A stretch of DNA of 63,198 nucleotides, from positions 1-63,198 of IMG/VR virus record IMGVR_UViG_3300037485_001078. The stretch is one strand, 5' to 3'. A model generated the notes under the pieces. The model did no database searches. It was not told the origin of the DNA and worked only from the letters and a program-made list of their open reading frames with translations. This stretch comes from a virus. Its lineage: Duplodnaviria; Caudoviricetes. This document shows positions 38,156 through 48,700 of this stretch, piece after piece; the first letter of the stretch is position 1, and every line of letters begins with the position of its first letter. A program made the position numbers and the translations under genes.

Positions 38156-40288
38156 ATGAAATCTCCTAACGTAACTGAAGGTAGAGTTGAAAAAGTGACT
38201 GCTGGATGGATTCACGGTGTGAATAGCGTTCGCAATCCTTGGAATCTTCCTGCGGATCAACTCAAGTGGGGAGTCAATGTGGCGGTTCGTGGTGGAGTGG
38301 CACAGACCAGACCCGGACAGGGCATGAAGCTCTCCTTGCCACCCGGCAACCTGCAGGGAGGAACTTTCTTCGCCTCCAACAAGCAGGCAAAAGCAGCCAG
38401 CACTCAAACTTCAAGCTCTGGAACAACCACAACCTCAGCGACTATCTTTAATTACGATGGATCACAATCGTTTGAGAGTGAGTTGCCGTACGTTCTTTTT
38501 GCAGTTGGCGGATCCGTTTATTTCTCCCCCTTTCCACTGACTCAACCGAAGGACTGGAACGACTACAAGCTAACCAACATTCGTTTAGATCCCGGTGTTA
38601 AGGAAGTTGTGTTCCATGTGGCCACCCAAACTTCTACCTTAAACGATAGCGGTGACGTGACGGTGACACCATCAAACCGAGTTGTTATTATTCAAGATGG
38701 AGTGAGTTCTCCCGCCTATTGGGATGGTTCAGACAAGATTGGAGGTCAAGACAGCAAAATCCCTATTGGATATTGGATGGCTTTCTCAGGTAACCGCTTA
38801 TGGGTAGCGGCTGGCAATGTTGTTTTGGCTTCCGACATCGGAAACCCTTTTAGTTGGGTAGAAAGAACACAAGGAGCTGGTCGAGGTGACTTTTCCTTCC
38901 CACGACCTATCACGGCACTCGTGGATTATGTCGGACAGAACAACGATACTCGAATGATTGTCTTCACAGACCGCTCCACCTACTCTTTAGCTAGTGGAGT
39001 TCTGGACAGGTCTCAGTGGGCAACTACCGCAAATTTCCAGAACACGCTCTACCCATCACTTGGATGTGTTGCAGGCAAGTCAATAGCATTCCAAGCTGGT
39101 CTCATGTGGTGGTATTCACGTGGCGGTCTTGTAAACGCCAACGTTGCATCTTCCGCCTACCTATCATCACAGGTTCTGTACAAGGATGTTGAGATGACGC
39201 GAATAAAGCGTTTTATGCCAGCAGACACCTCAAGTATCTGTGCGGCGTCTTTTGAAAATTACTTGCTATACTCAATCCCGTATCTTGAAGCGTTGCCAAG
39301 TGCGACCATGGTTCTCGATTACGCAGCAGCAAGTGAATTGAATCAAGACCCAATACCTGCATGGGCTGGTGTATGGACTGGCACTCGTCCCATTGAGTGG
39401 ATGCCGGGTACCGTTGGCCAGCAACCTAGATTATTCCATCTTTCGGTAGACTACGTCCCGACCAACGACGGATCTTACAATCACTTGTGGGAGTCTTTCT
39501 TGCCACAAAGAGTTGATAGTTATTTACAACTTAATCCAGACGGCAGCGCCGACACCAAGTACTCACGCATCTATTGTCAGGCAGAAACAGCCTTGATGGG
39601 TGACGGCATGGATCTAAAGCAACTAAAGTTCGGGGAGTTGGAGTGTTCCCAAATAGGTGGAACCGTTGACTTGAGGGTATCGTACAGGGGGAGCAAGGGA
39701 GCATATATCCCAATCTTAAATACTAGGTTGCTTGCTGTTACCGACCCCTATCAGTTTGATCAGGCACCAGAAGCTGAAACCATAGCAAGCTATGGAATTC
39801 TTAGGACGCAACATCGAAGGATCTCAACCGAGTCAGTTGGGAGACCACCATCAAACTCGTGCGAGTCAAACATGGCGCTAGACTTAGACAAGGCATTTAG
39901 TTTTCTAGTTGAGTGGTGCGGAGAACTTGGCGTTGAGGTGGTGCGTATGTTCATGGATCCCTTCCAAGAGACTTCCGTTGGCATTCCACAAACTAACGAA
40001 AAGATCTCTTGTGTCGTTCATGAAAATGGAATCACTAGTCAAGTTGAGTTGCTAGAGTCTCCGTACGAAGTCGCTAACTACAATCAAGAGTCTTGGTTTG
40101 CTACCGAGACACAAACTTTTAATTCTAATTGTGCTCCCGGTAGTTCAGGACTAAGCATTGCTGCTACCGCAACCGCTTCTGCACAATCATTTGTCTCCTT
40201 GGCGGACGCCAAACAAAAGGCGACCACACTTGCATTGCAAGAGGCGTCGAATGCTGCGTATAAGTATAGGCAACAGAACCCTTGTTAA
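38156..40288 (+). CDS. probable tail nozzle/tubular B (P22 gp10-like) protein
   Basis: 710 aa, beta-propeller-like; MAFSGNRLWVA, GCVA..SI; position. Confidence 0.6.
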   Translation: MKSPNVTEGRVEKVTAGWIHGVNSVRNPWNLPADQLKWGVNVAVRGGVAQTRPGQGMKLSLPPGNLQGGTFFASNKQAKAASTQTSSSGTTTTSATIFNYDGSQSFESELPYVLFAVGGSVYFSPFPLTQPKDWNDYKLTNIRLDPGVKEVVFHVATQTSTLNDSGDVTVTPSNRVVIIQDGVSSPAYWDGSDKIGGQDSKIPIGYWMAFSGNRLWVAAGNVVLASDIGNPFSWVERTQGAGRGDFSFPRPITALVDYVGQNNDTRMIVFTDRSTYSLASGVLDRSQWATTANFQNTLYPSLGCVAGKSIAFQAGLMWWYSRGGLVNANVASSAYLSSQVLYKDVEMTRIKRFMPADTSSICAASFENYLLYSIPYLEALPSATMVLDYAAASELNQDPIPAWAGVWTGTRPIEWMPGTVGQQPRLFHLSVDYVPTNDGSYNHLWESFLPQRVDSYLQLNPDGSADTKYSRIYCQAETALMGDGMDLKQLKFGELECSQIGGTVDLRVSYRGSKGAYIPILNTRLLAVTDPYQFDQAPEAETIASYGILRTQHRRISTESVGRPPSNSCESNMALDLDKAFSFLVEWCGELGVEVVRMFMDPFQETSVGIPQTNEKISCVVHENGITSQVELLESPYEVANYNQESWFATETQTFNSNCAPGSSGLSIAATATASAQSFVSLADAKQKATTLALQEASNAAYKYRQQNPC

Positions 40289-40290
40289 TT

Positions 40291-41109
40291 ATGCCGACGA
40301 TCCAAGACGCCAGCATCAAAATAACAAATTTCCCAAACAAGTTCGCAAGTCCTTTTGGGAACGATGATATTGTTCCCCTGTATTCTTCAGTTCCCTTGAA
40401 GAGTCCAGTGGAAGGTTGCTTGGATTGTGTGGTGTGTGGAAGTTCTCCAACTCGTTATCAAATCATCTCCAACGAGAGTGGAATAGGTAGCGGAGGTGGA
40501 GGCGTTATCATTACCCCCACACCAACACCGCCAGCGCCACCTAGCACTGCATATTATTACACAAACGCCGCAAATAATTATGACTGGGGAACTTTAGGAA
40601 ATTGGAACACAAAAAGTGATGGAAGTGGATTGCCACCAACTGAAATTCCTTGGTCTAATACAGATAACTCAACTACTCATAGTGATCTTATAGATGCGTC
40701 TGATAATTCTCGTGTGGGTATTGGCGGAAGCGATGAAAGTTATTCGATATCTCCACTTCTAAATGTAACTGGAAGTTGCAACATTTACGGAGTATCCAGT
40801 GACATATTAACCACGATTTACGGCGGCACATTTACTGGAAATGATTTTTTAAACGCTGGATATATCCGCGGAGGAACGTTTACTGGAGATAATTTTTTAA
40901 ACGCTAGAGACATCCACGGAGGCACGTTTACTGGAAATAATTTTATCAGCCCCGGAATGATAGACGGAGGCACGTTTACTGTAGATGGTTTTATCAACGC
41001 TGGCGCTATCTTTGGAGGCACGTTTAATGGAACTGGATATATAAATAATAATTATGTGTGTGCTCCCGGTTGGCCGTGCCCACAATCCTGTCCAGACTAC
41101 TGCCCATAA
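40291..41109 (+). CDS. putative receptor-binding protein A (shared anchor + GGTFTG solenoid)
   Basis: N-terminal ~65 aa paralogous to 41111; 15-aa repeats. Confidence 0.65.
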   Translation: MPTIQDASIKITNFPNKFASPFGNDDIVPLYSSVPLKSPVEGCLDCVVCGSSPTRYQIISNESGIGSGGGGVIITPTPTPPAPPSTAYYYTNAANNYDWGTLGNWNTKSDGSGLPPTEIPWSNTDNSTTHSDLIDASDNSRVGIGGSDESYSISPLLNVTGSCNIYGVSSDILTTIYGGTFTGNDFLNAGYIRGGTFTGDNFLNARDIHGGTFTGNNFISPGMIDGGTFTVDGFINAGAIFGGTFNGTGYINNNYVCAPGWPCPQSCPDYCP

Positions 41110-41110
41110 C

Positions 41111-42148
41111 ATGCCATCCATCCAAACAGCATCAATCCCGGTGACCTCATTTCCGAATGAGTACGCGTCTCCGTTTGGAAACGACGACATTGTGCCCCTG
41201 TACTCCTCAGTGCCACTAAAAAGCCCCGTTGTCGGATGTCTCCCCTGCGTGGTGTGTGGCAGTTCTCCAACTCGCTACCAGATCATCTCCAATGAGAGTG
41301 AAATAGGTAGAGGAGATAATCGAGGTGAAGGTGAAAGGGAAGTAAGAATAGAGCCGATTACAGAGACTAATAATTATCTTATTGTTGGTGGCGGTGGTGG
41401 AAGTGCTGACCCAGTGTCTGCTGCATCAGGTGGAGGAGGTGGAGGGGGTGGAGTATTGAGAGGAATACTAGATTTAATTGCAGGACAAACTTATCAAATT
41501 ATAATAGGATCTAGCGATCAACCTAGTTCTGCTTTTGGGCTTACCGCACATGCTGGAGGTAGAGGTGCTGGAAATTATGGTGCTGCAACTATTGGTGCTT
41601 CTGGAGGGGGAGGAGGAGGATGGGCAATTTCGTATGGAACTCCACATCCAGTTGGAGCAGAAGGTATTTCTGGACAAGGACATAGAGGAGGCGATGCCTA
41701 TGGTACTGATGGTGATGGTAATCAACCACACACTGCTGGTGGAGGTGGTGGCGCTGGAGGCCCCGGAGGAACGGGAACCATAGAAAAAGCTGGCGATGGA
41801 GGAAATGGTATTGTTTCTGCGATTTCCGGTACTTCAACTTACTATGGTGGTGGTGGCGGTGGTGGTGCTTTTGGGTATAATCCGTATCCAGTAATACCAT
41901 TTAATGGAGTTGGTGGTTTAGGTGGTGGTGGTCAGGGTGGTCGTGATACTACCAACATTGGGGCAACCGCTGGACTTCCAAATACTGGCGGGGGGGGAGG
42001 TTCAGCAAAATTTGGGGGATCTGGAGTTGTAATTATTTCAATTTTCACGGATGAGTATTCTGGAATAACAACAGGTGCCCCAGAAATTACTGTTATCGGG
42101 GAAAAAACAATTATTACATTTAGAGAATCTGGTTCTTATACCGCATAA
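41111..42148 (+). CDS. putative receptor-binding protein B (shared anchor + glycine-rich domain)
   Basis: YLIVGGGG...GGSGVVII glycine-rich domain. Confidence 0.7.
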   Translation: MPSIQTASIPVTSFPNEYASPFGNDDIVPLYSSVPLKSPVVGCLPCVVCGSSPTRYQIISNESEIGRGDNRGEGEREVRIEPITETNNYLIVGGGGGSADPVSAASGGGGGGGGVLRGILDLIAGQTYQIIIGSSDQPSSAFGLTAHAGGRGAGNYGAATIGASGGGGGGWAISYGTPHPVGAEGISGQGHRGGDAYGTDGDGNQPHTAGGGGGAGGPGGTGTIEKAGDGGNGIVSAISGTSTYYGGGGGGGAFGYNPYPVIPFNGVGGLGGGGQGGRDTTNIGATAGLPNTGGGGGSAKFGGSGVVIISIFTDEYSGITTGAPEITVIGEKTIITFRESGSYTA

Positions 42149-42154
42149 AATTCT

Positions 42155-42538
42155 ATGAAGTCCCAAGTAACCTACAAACTAGTCCCACACGGCACTCAAG
42201 AGTTCCAGAAACTCCAAACCTTTGCCGAATCGTTCGACCACAAAATTGTCCCACATCCGCAGATAAATGTTTACGCGCACTACCGAGATGATATATGTTT
42301 TGGGTACTCAGACCACGTCTACATTCCAACCGTGTACCCCGCATTCCATCCAGCACTAACCAAGGCCAAGGACGTCATCCAAGTGATGTCGGACTGGAGA
42401 GCCCATGTTCAACTCTCTGGAACTACGGGATACATTGGAGTTCCATCTCCAGATCATAGTGGACGTGCAAACTTCCCTCAAACAATCATGGAAAAACTAG
42501 GACTTCATCGCCTTGAGCGTGAAGTCTACAGCCTCTAA
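42155..42538 (+). CDS. hypothetical protein
   Basis: Lies between tail and internal virion genes. Confidence 0.7.
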   Translation: MKSQVTYKLVPHGTQEFQKLQTFAESFDHKIVPHPQINVYAHYRDDICFGYSDHVYIPTVYPAFHPALTKAKDVIQVMSDWRAHVQLSGTTGYIGVPSPDHSGRANFPQTIMEKLGLHRLEREVYSL

Positions 42539-42543
42539 TTATC

Positions 42544-43464
42544 ATGGGTGGATCTCCTTCAGCAGCACCTCAAGTTCAAGCACCAGACAATAGGCCAATG
42601 TGGGCCTCGCTGCAGATGCAGCAGAGTGGACAGAATCAGGCGCTGCAAAGTCGTGCTGACCTGCTCAAGTACATGTCGCAGATTTCTCCCGCAGTTTCCT
42701 ACACCGACGTTTGGGGTCAAAAGGGAGCTGCAAACGTAGCGAAAGACGCCGCAGAGATCAATTATCGCAACCAGCAGGCGATGCAGAAGGCGCTTGACCC
42801 ACAAGGTTTCCAAATTGCTGAAGATACGCGCAACCGAGTTGCTCAGATGGTTAGCCCCACTGGACAAAAGGCACTTGCCAACCAGCAGTTTGCACAACGC
42901 ACATTGCCGGGGATGTACGGAACTGGTCTTGATCCACGTTCCACAATTTATGGCAGTGGGTTGTTCGACTCTAACACGATTCAGGGTCTCCAACTTCAGC
43001 AGCAACTTGCCAATATCGGTCAGGGATACGGAGCCGCAAACCCAGCTCCGAAGGTTGGTATTGATCCCGGCATTGCAGCGTCTATTGCTTCTCAGGAGGG
43101 TGCGCGTGCTGCAGATCGCGCAAATGCCTTTACGCAAAATCTATTTCAAGGTGCTGGCAACCTTCAGCAAAGCTACGAACAAGGAATGAACAGCCTCTAC
43201 GGCAACATGGGACAAGCGGTTCAAACCGATGCGGCCAATCGTTTGGCAGTGCAGCAGGCAAACCAAGCAGCAGCAGCACAGGGCGCTCAGAGTCAAGCGT
43301 CCTCAAATGCTGGGATATACCAAGGCATTGGATCTCTAGCTGGTGGCATACTCGGTTCGTTTGCGGGCCCTGTTGGAAGCGCCGCACTAGGTTATGCTGG
43401 CAAATCATTAGGTGGAATGGCAGCTGGACAAAGCGCTGGTCGAGCAACTGGATTTGGGTACTAA
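42544..43464 (+). CDS. putative internal virion (ejection) protein
   Basis: Q/A/G-rich, glycine-zipper C-terminus, MGG start. Confidence 0.6.
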   Translation: MGGSPSAAPQVQAPDNRPMWASLQMQQSGQNQALQSRADLLKYMSQISPAVSYTDVWGQKGAANVAKDAAEINYRNQQAMQKALDPQGFQIAEDTRNRVAQMVSPTGQKALANQQFAQRTLPGMYGTGLDPRSTIYGSGLFDSNTIQGLQLQQQLANIGQGYGAANPAPKVGIDPGIAASIASQEGARAADRANAFTQNLFQGAGNLQQSYEQGMNSLYGNMGQAVQTDAANRLAVQQANQAAAAQGAQSQASSNAGIYQGIGSLAGGILGSFAGPVGSAALGYAGKSLGGMAAGQSAGRATGFGY

Positions 43465-43546
43465 TTTAGTAGTTGCAGCACCATTTATTTTGTCCTACAA
43501 CTTGTCACAACTTTAACAACAACTAACCCCTAACCAATTAAATATC

Positions 43547-44074
43547 ATGGGAGGATCAGGAGGAGGAGGCGGCTATCAAGCCCCACAACAATATGACAAT
43601 ACAGCCGAGATCATGGCTCAGATGCAGAGACAGCAAGAGGCTGCTGCTGCTGCTGCTCGTGAGGCGCAGCGTCAAGCTGCCATCCAAGCTCAGAACCAAT
43701 CCAACCAGCAGATGGCCAACCAAAGTCAGCAGGCGGTTGGTCAGTACTTGAGTCAGCAGAACCAACTCCAACAGGGTAGGGATCTGGCTGCACAAAGCGC
43801 CGCATCGAGTGCCGCTAGTGCTGGTGCTGGTGCCGCCACAGGTGGTGGGTACGACCTTGCTAAGTCCCAACAGCAGGCGATGTCCAACCTCGGAGCCGCT
43901 TCAGCAGGGATGCCACAAACTAGTGCAAACCAAGTTGGTGCTGGTGGATCCACAATGAACCCAGCGCGTGCTGGACAGGCAGCTACTGTCAATCAGACCG
44001 CCTCTCAAGCGAATCAGTACTCCCTTCCTCCTATGGATGGAATCACTTTCGGAGGATCCAATCCCCTCCGTTAA
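43547..44074 (+). CDS. putative internal virion protein
   Basis: Q/A/G-rich, MGG start. Confidence 0.55.
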   Translation: MGGSGGGGGYQAPQQYDNTAEIMAQMQRQQEAAAAAAREAQRQAAIQAQNQSNQQMANQSQQAVGQYLSQQNQLQQGRDLAAQSAASSAASAGAGAATGGGYDLAKSQQQAMSNLGAASAGMPQTSANQVGAGGSTMNPARAGQAATVNQTASQANQYSLPPMDGITFGGSNPLR

Positions 44075-45783
44075 TGGCTTTCGACACCTCTGGCTTTAGT
44101 TTGAATTTAGGTCAGGAGCAGGCAATTGTGCCTTCTCTTGCTAACCTAGCTCCGTACGCTCCCAACTTCCAAGGGCTTGCGTGGAAACCAGCAGACATCA
44201 AGGCCCCTGTGGTTGTTGATAATTCCGTCATAGGAAAAGCAATAGGTTCTGCTCTCGGAGATGTCGGAAAGGGCATCAGTGTTGCCTACAAGAGTGCTCA
44301 AGACGAGAAGAAAGAAGCTAGGAAGTACGCCTTGGAAAGCGCCAAACTTGCTGCTTCTGAGAGCAAGGACGCCATCAGGGAGGCGCGTGCTCAACAGACC
44401 CACGCCGATTCCATGGCGATGCAGAATGCCAATCTTGCAGTGTCTCAGGGTCAATTGAGCCTAGCTCAACAAAGGCAAGCCGATAAAATGGGCGGTGGCG
44501 CTGATTACAGCGAGTATCTCCCAGAAGAAAAAGCTGTAGACACTGAAACTGGAGACAGAATAATTGATGTAATGGAGGGGATTAAAAAGAAAGAAACCCC
44601 CCAGTACTTCCCCGGTTCAAAACTTGAACTAGGTGCTCCAGCGCCTCCAGTGGATGAGCCCGGCATGTCTTTCGATGGGGAAAATAATCTAGGTTCTTTA
44701 TCAGCTCCAGTTGCAATGCCCCCGCAGGAAGATCAACGATACGCCGCGCTTCGAGATCTAGGCGGAAATGCCCCACAATTTAGCGTGGCCAGCGCCGATG
44801 GAGCTGGAATGCAAGCCCCGACACCCAATCTTCCCTATTCGTTGCAGGGCGGAGTGCCGAAGCCACTCGCTGATGTACAGGTTCCAAGTACAAGAGAGCT
44901 CTACGCGGGATCTGGATTCACTCCTACTCCGATCCCAACTTATGGGACTACGACGCAAGAAGCTCCTGCAGCTAAACAGACAGCGCCTAAAGCTGCAGAA
45001 TCTCCTTTCAAGGCTTTCGCAGTGGTAGACACACAAGGAGTTGTACGTGGTTACAAAGTGTACGACAAAGTCTCTAAAAAACTCCTTCCGGGGGGATTTA
45101 CTGCGGATTCAAAATCTTCCACAGCCCCGCTTGAAAGCATTCAAATTCCAGAGGGACAAAAATTGAAGGGCATGACGATCTCTGCGGAAGGTAAGCCCAG
45201 CTATACTTACGGATTGGAGAGCGAAGGAAAATCCACCGCACCTCTCTTGCAGGATCAGATGAAAGTTTTGACCAACATCGAGGGCGCTAACGCCACCTTG
45301 AACAACATCGAGACAAAACTCAAAGAGATCGGTAGTTCTACTGGCCCAGTTGTCGGAACTGCACGTGGGTACAATCCGTACGATGTTGAAGCCCAGTCTG
45401 TGGACAACATGGTTGCCAGTCTTGTATCTGGACTCGCTCGCGGCGTCTTCGGCGAGGTCGGCGTGCTTACCGATAGCGACGTGAAGCGATATACAAAACT
45501 CATTCCCAACATGAGGACTGATCCCAAGGTCGCACAGCAGATCATGAAGGATCTTCGAGAAAAATTAGACAGCACCAAGAAAGCTAACTTAGGCATCTGG
45601 GAAAAAGCTGGATACAACACGAAGGGATTCCAAGAAACTAAATCTCCCGAACAAATTAAGTTGGAAACTTTAGCGAAAGAACTCGATTCGGCTAAAGATC
45701 AAAATTCTCCTGAATACAAGGCTAAAGACGAAGAGGCGAGAAAGCTCTACAGACTTATAAACAATATAAAGGATAAAAAGTAG
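44074..45783 (+). CDS. putative internal virion protein
   Basis: GEVGVLTDSD..RY...IP motif; position. Confidence 0.6.
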   Translation: MAFDTSGFSLNLGQEQAIVPSLANLAPYAPNFQGLAWKPADIKAPVVVDNSVIGKAIGSALGDVGKGISVAYKSAQDEKKEARKYALESAKLAASESKDAIREARAQQTHADSMAMQNANLAVSQGQLSLAQQRQADKMGGGADYSEYLPEEKAVDTETGDRIIDVMEGIKKKETPQYFPGSKLELGAPAPPVDEPGMSFDGENNLGSLSAPVAMPPQEDQRYAALRDLGGNAPQFSVASADGAGMQAPTPNLPYSLQGGVPKPLADVQVPSTRELYAGSGFTPTPIPTYGTTTQEAPAAKQTAPKAAESPFKAFAVVDTQGVVRGYKVYDKVSKKLLPGGFTADSKSSTAPLESIQIPEGQKLKGMTISAEGKPSYTYGLESEGKSTAPLLQDQMKVLTNIEGANATLNNIETKLKEIGSSTGPVVGTARGYNPYDVEAQSVDNMVASLVSGLARGVFGEVGVLTDSDVKRYTKLIPNMRTDPKVAQQIMKDLREKLDSTKKANLGIWEKAGYNTKGFQETKSPEQIKLETLAKELDSAKDQNSPEYKAKDEEARKLYRLINNIKDKK

Positions 45784-45785
45784 TT

Positions 45786-48700
45786 ATGTCCTATCTAAGC
45801 AAACTTGAAGAGGAGTATTCTCAACAAACTCAGAAGGAGGGGGTAGCTGCACAACCAACGGAGTCCGCAGAGCCGCCTAAGCCAGAAGGCTACCTTGCAA
45901 AGTTAGAGAGCGAGTACAAGTCAGCTCCTACAGAAAAGCCAAAATCATACCTAGAGGGGCTAGACCAAAAGTACGACGTAAATCCAGACTCCTTGCGCGG
46001 TAGGAAAGAGCGCGGAGAGCCGCTGTCTGAGGATCAGGAGCGAGTTATCTTCGATGCAGACCGAGCTCGCAGCGCAGGAGAACAAGCGGCTGCAACTGGC
46101 AAGGGAGTCTTCACCAGCCTCAGTGAATTGGTTCCACAAGCCTTCGAGGGAACAAAGAAAATTATTGGTGCTAGCAAAGACTTGACCAAACAAATTGGAC
46201 TCAAGTACCTAGACGTCAATCCGATTGTTCCCGAGATTGCAGTCGATTACATAGCTGGAAATACCGCAGAAGATAGGCAAACTAATTTGGAGAAAGCAGC
46301 CAAGAAAGAGCAAGAAGTTGTTCGGTCGGCGGCGTCTGGCGCGGTTCAGGCTGGTGAAGAAGTAATTAACGAAGCTGCACGCGGAGCTTTCTTTGGCACA
46401 CCGCTTACAGATCTCATTCAGGAGTACCCCGCTGGCAAGCTAGCGTTTGAAGCCATGAAGGCTGGTGGCCCCGTAGCATTCGCCACTGAAGCACTGGGTC
46501 AAAAGATTTTTGGAGCTCCGCTGGTTGACGTGCAGCCGATCACGAAGGACGAGTCGTTCCAGAGGTCGAGGAATCGTGAGAGCATGCGCCAGCAGGAGCA
46601 GCAGGAGTACAAAGATCTCCCAGAAAGAACTACCGCCGCGCTGGTAAAGCTGGCCGAAAGTTCCGCTGGATCCGCGCTCGGCAAATCTTTGGGAGTCCCC
46701 TCCAACGAGCAGTTCCAAAAGGACTTGGTTCAGGAGCTAAAAGACAGAGCTATCGTTCCAGACAAAGACATCGCCATGATCGGAAATATGTTGAGCCCGC
46801 TGGATCCTACCTTCGTCTTGGCTGGCCCGCTTGCAAGGGCGTCATCGAAAGCATTTGACCTAGCATCTGGGGCTGGTCTCCGAGCTCTCACCAAGCCGAC
46901 TATTGCTGGAATGAATCCCCTTGAAGCAACGGGTCGTGTAATACGATTCGGCGGAGAGGGCACACAAAAGGCCGCAAGAAAGTTCAGCGACTTCCTTACT
47001 GGTTCAGAAGACAGCTTTATCGGAAAACTAGCCGATCCAATTGTTGCGGTCACCCGTCGCCCCGGCATGATTGTCGAGGGCGCAGGACGCGCTCTCAGGG
47101 ACATCGGACGTCAGATCGACGACGTGGGAGTCCGATCTCGTACGGGAATCATCGAGCGGGCTGGACAGGACGCACGTTCTGGAGACTTTATGCGGACAGT
47201 TTTTGGCCCCGGCACCGAGAAGGCTCAGGCCAAAGCTCTCAAAGCAGCTGAGAAAGTGGCTGGTGAGGGTGGAGAGGCTAGCCTACCCGCATCCGCATTC
47301 GTTTCTAAGCGCCAAAAAGCCGCTAGGACTGCGGACTGGGTCTTTAGGCAAGCCGAAGCCATAGCGCGTTACGGAACAAGCGGAGCGGCCATTGGAACCG
47401 CCCTTGGACTTCCCGATATTGAGAACGCGGAGCAGCTCGGACAGATGGCCACTACTGGAGCCATGGTCGGTGCTATTGGTGGCATGAGGCTTGGAGAGAA
47501 GGGCGCAAAGCTGATTGATCCAAGGGTTTCCCTAAAAGGAAAGATCGACGCTATCCTAGCCGACGATCCTGTATCTAGGCGTGCGGACGAGGACGCCGAC
47601 ATCGAGCGTTTCCGAAATACTGCAGCTCCTGATATCATCAGCAAGGCCGACGAATTCGGAAATATTAATTCCGTTCTGCAATCTTTTGACGGACATCTTC
47701 AGAATCTTGCCATCCAACGCGACCAAGCAATTGCTCGTGGAGAGGCCGACGTCGCTGCTGGAATGGAACTTGAAATCAAGAAGACAGCTGCGAGCAAGGA
47801 CGCAGTTGCTAAGATGACTCCAGACGCGATGAAGGAGTACCAGCGCCGAGTTGACCTCACGCTAGCAGATTCGTTAGACCTAGCAAAAACCACAGGTGAA
47901 GCTGTGGGTCTCAACAACGTCGAGATCAAGCTGCTCTCTCCAGTAGAAATGTTGGGTCACCTACGTGACAAGTGGGGATCGACTTTGACAAACGCGGAGT
48001 ATGTTCTTCAGTCACTAGCTGGCAACAACGACCTTAGCGACGCGGATCAGCAGAAACTCAATCAGGCAACGGAGACCGTCAACCAGTTCAACGCCATGTA
48101 TCAGACAGCCATGGCGCAGCGCGGATACGCTATGTCTGAGAACACGTATTCGGATAGCCCAATGCATTTGCGCCCTGCAAATCTCAAGACCCCGTCGGTC
48201 GTCGTCAATTCCGAACTAGTCAAGAGCCAGCTTGGAAACAATTTGTACGCAACTTTGAATCATGAGCTTCTAGCCCACGCGCTAAGGAATTTCAAAGAGG
48301 TCAAAGCGATGATGGGGCCGCTTGAAGAGTACTTGTTTGGAAAGAAGGTTCAGAACGCTGATGGAAGCATCACCGAGATATCAAAAGGAATTTACGACGA
48401 CGCGGCGATCGATCGCATGGGCGACTACTACGCGGAGCTTTTGGGAGGAGACAAGTGGAAGGCTGGATTCTCTACCGAGCAGCAGTACAGGAGCTACATC
48501 AAGGAGGAGATTCTCGCGGAGGCCGCTGGTTTGTCATCCAACACGGCTAATCTACGTGCTGACTTAGACTCACCGGGTCAAGCGTTCGTCGATTGGGCCG
48601 CTACCTCCAACAAGAATACTTTCATCGGAAAGATCCGCGACGCGCTCGGCCTCAAGGGTGTGCTGCTAGACGACGCAGGAAGGATCTCGGACATTCTTGG

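Noticed and set aside
29025-42148. Diversity-generating retroelement targeting fibre genes
   Set aside because: No reverse transcriptase seen, and the duplicated segments do not differ specifically at adenines.
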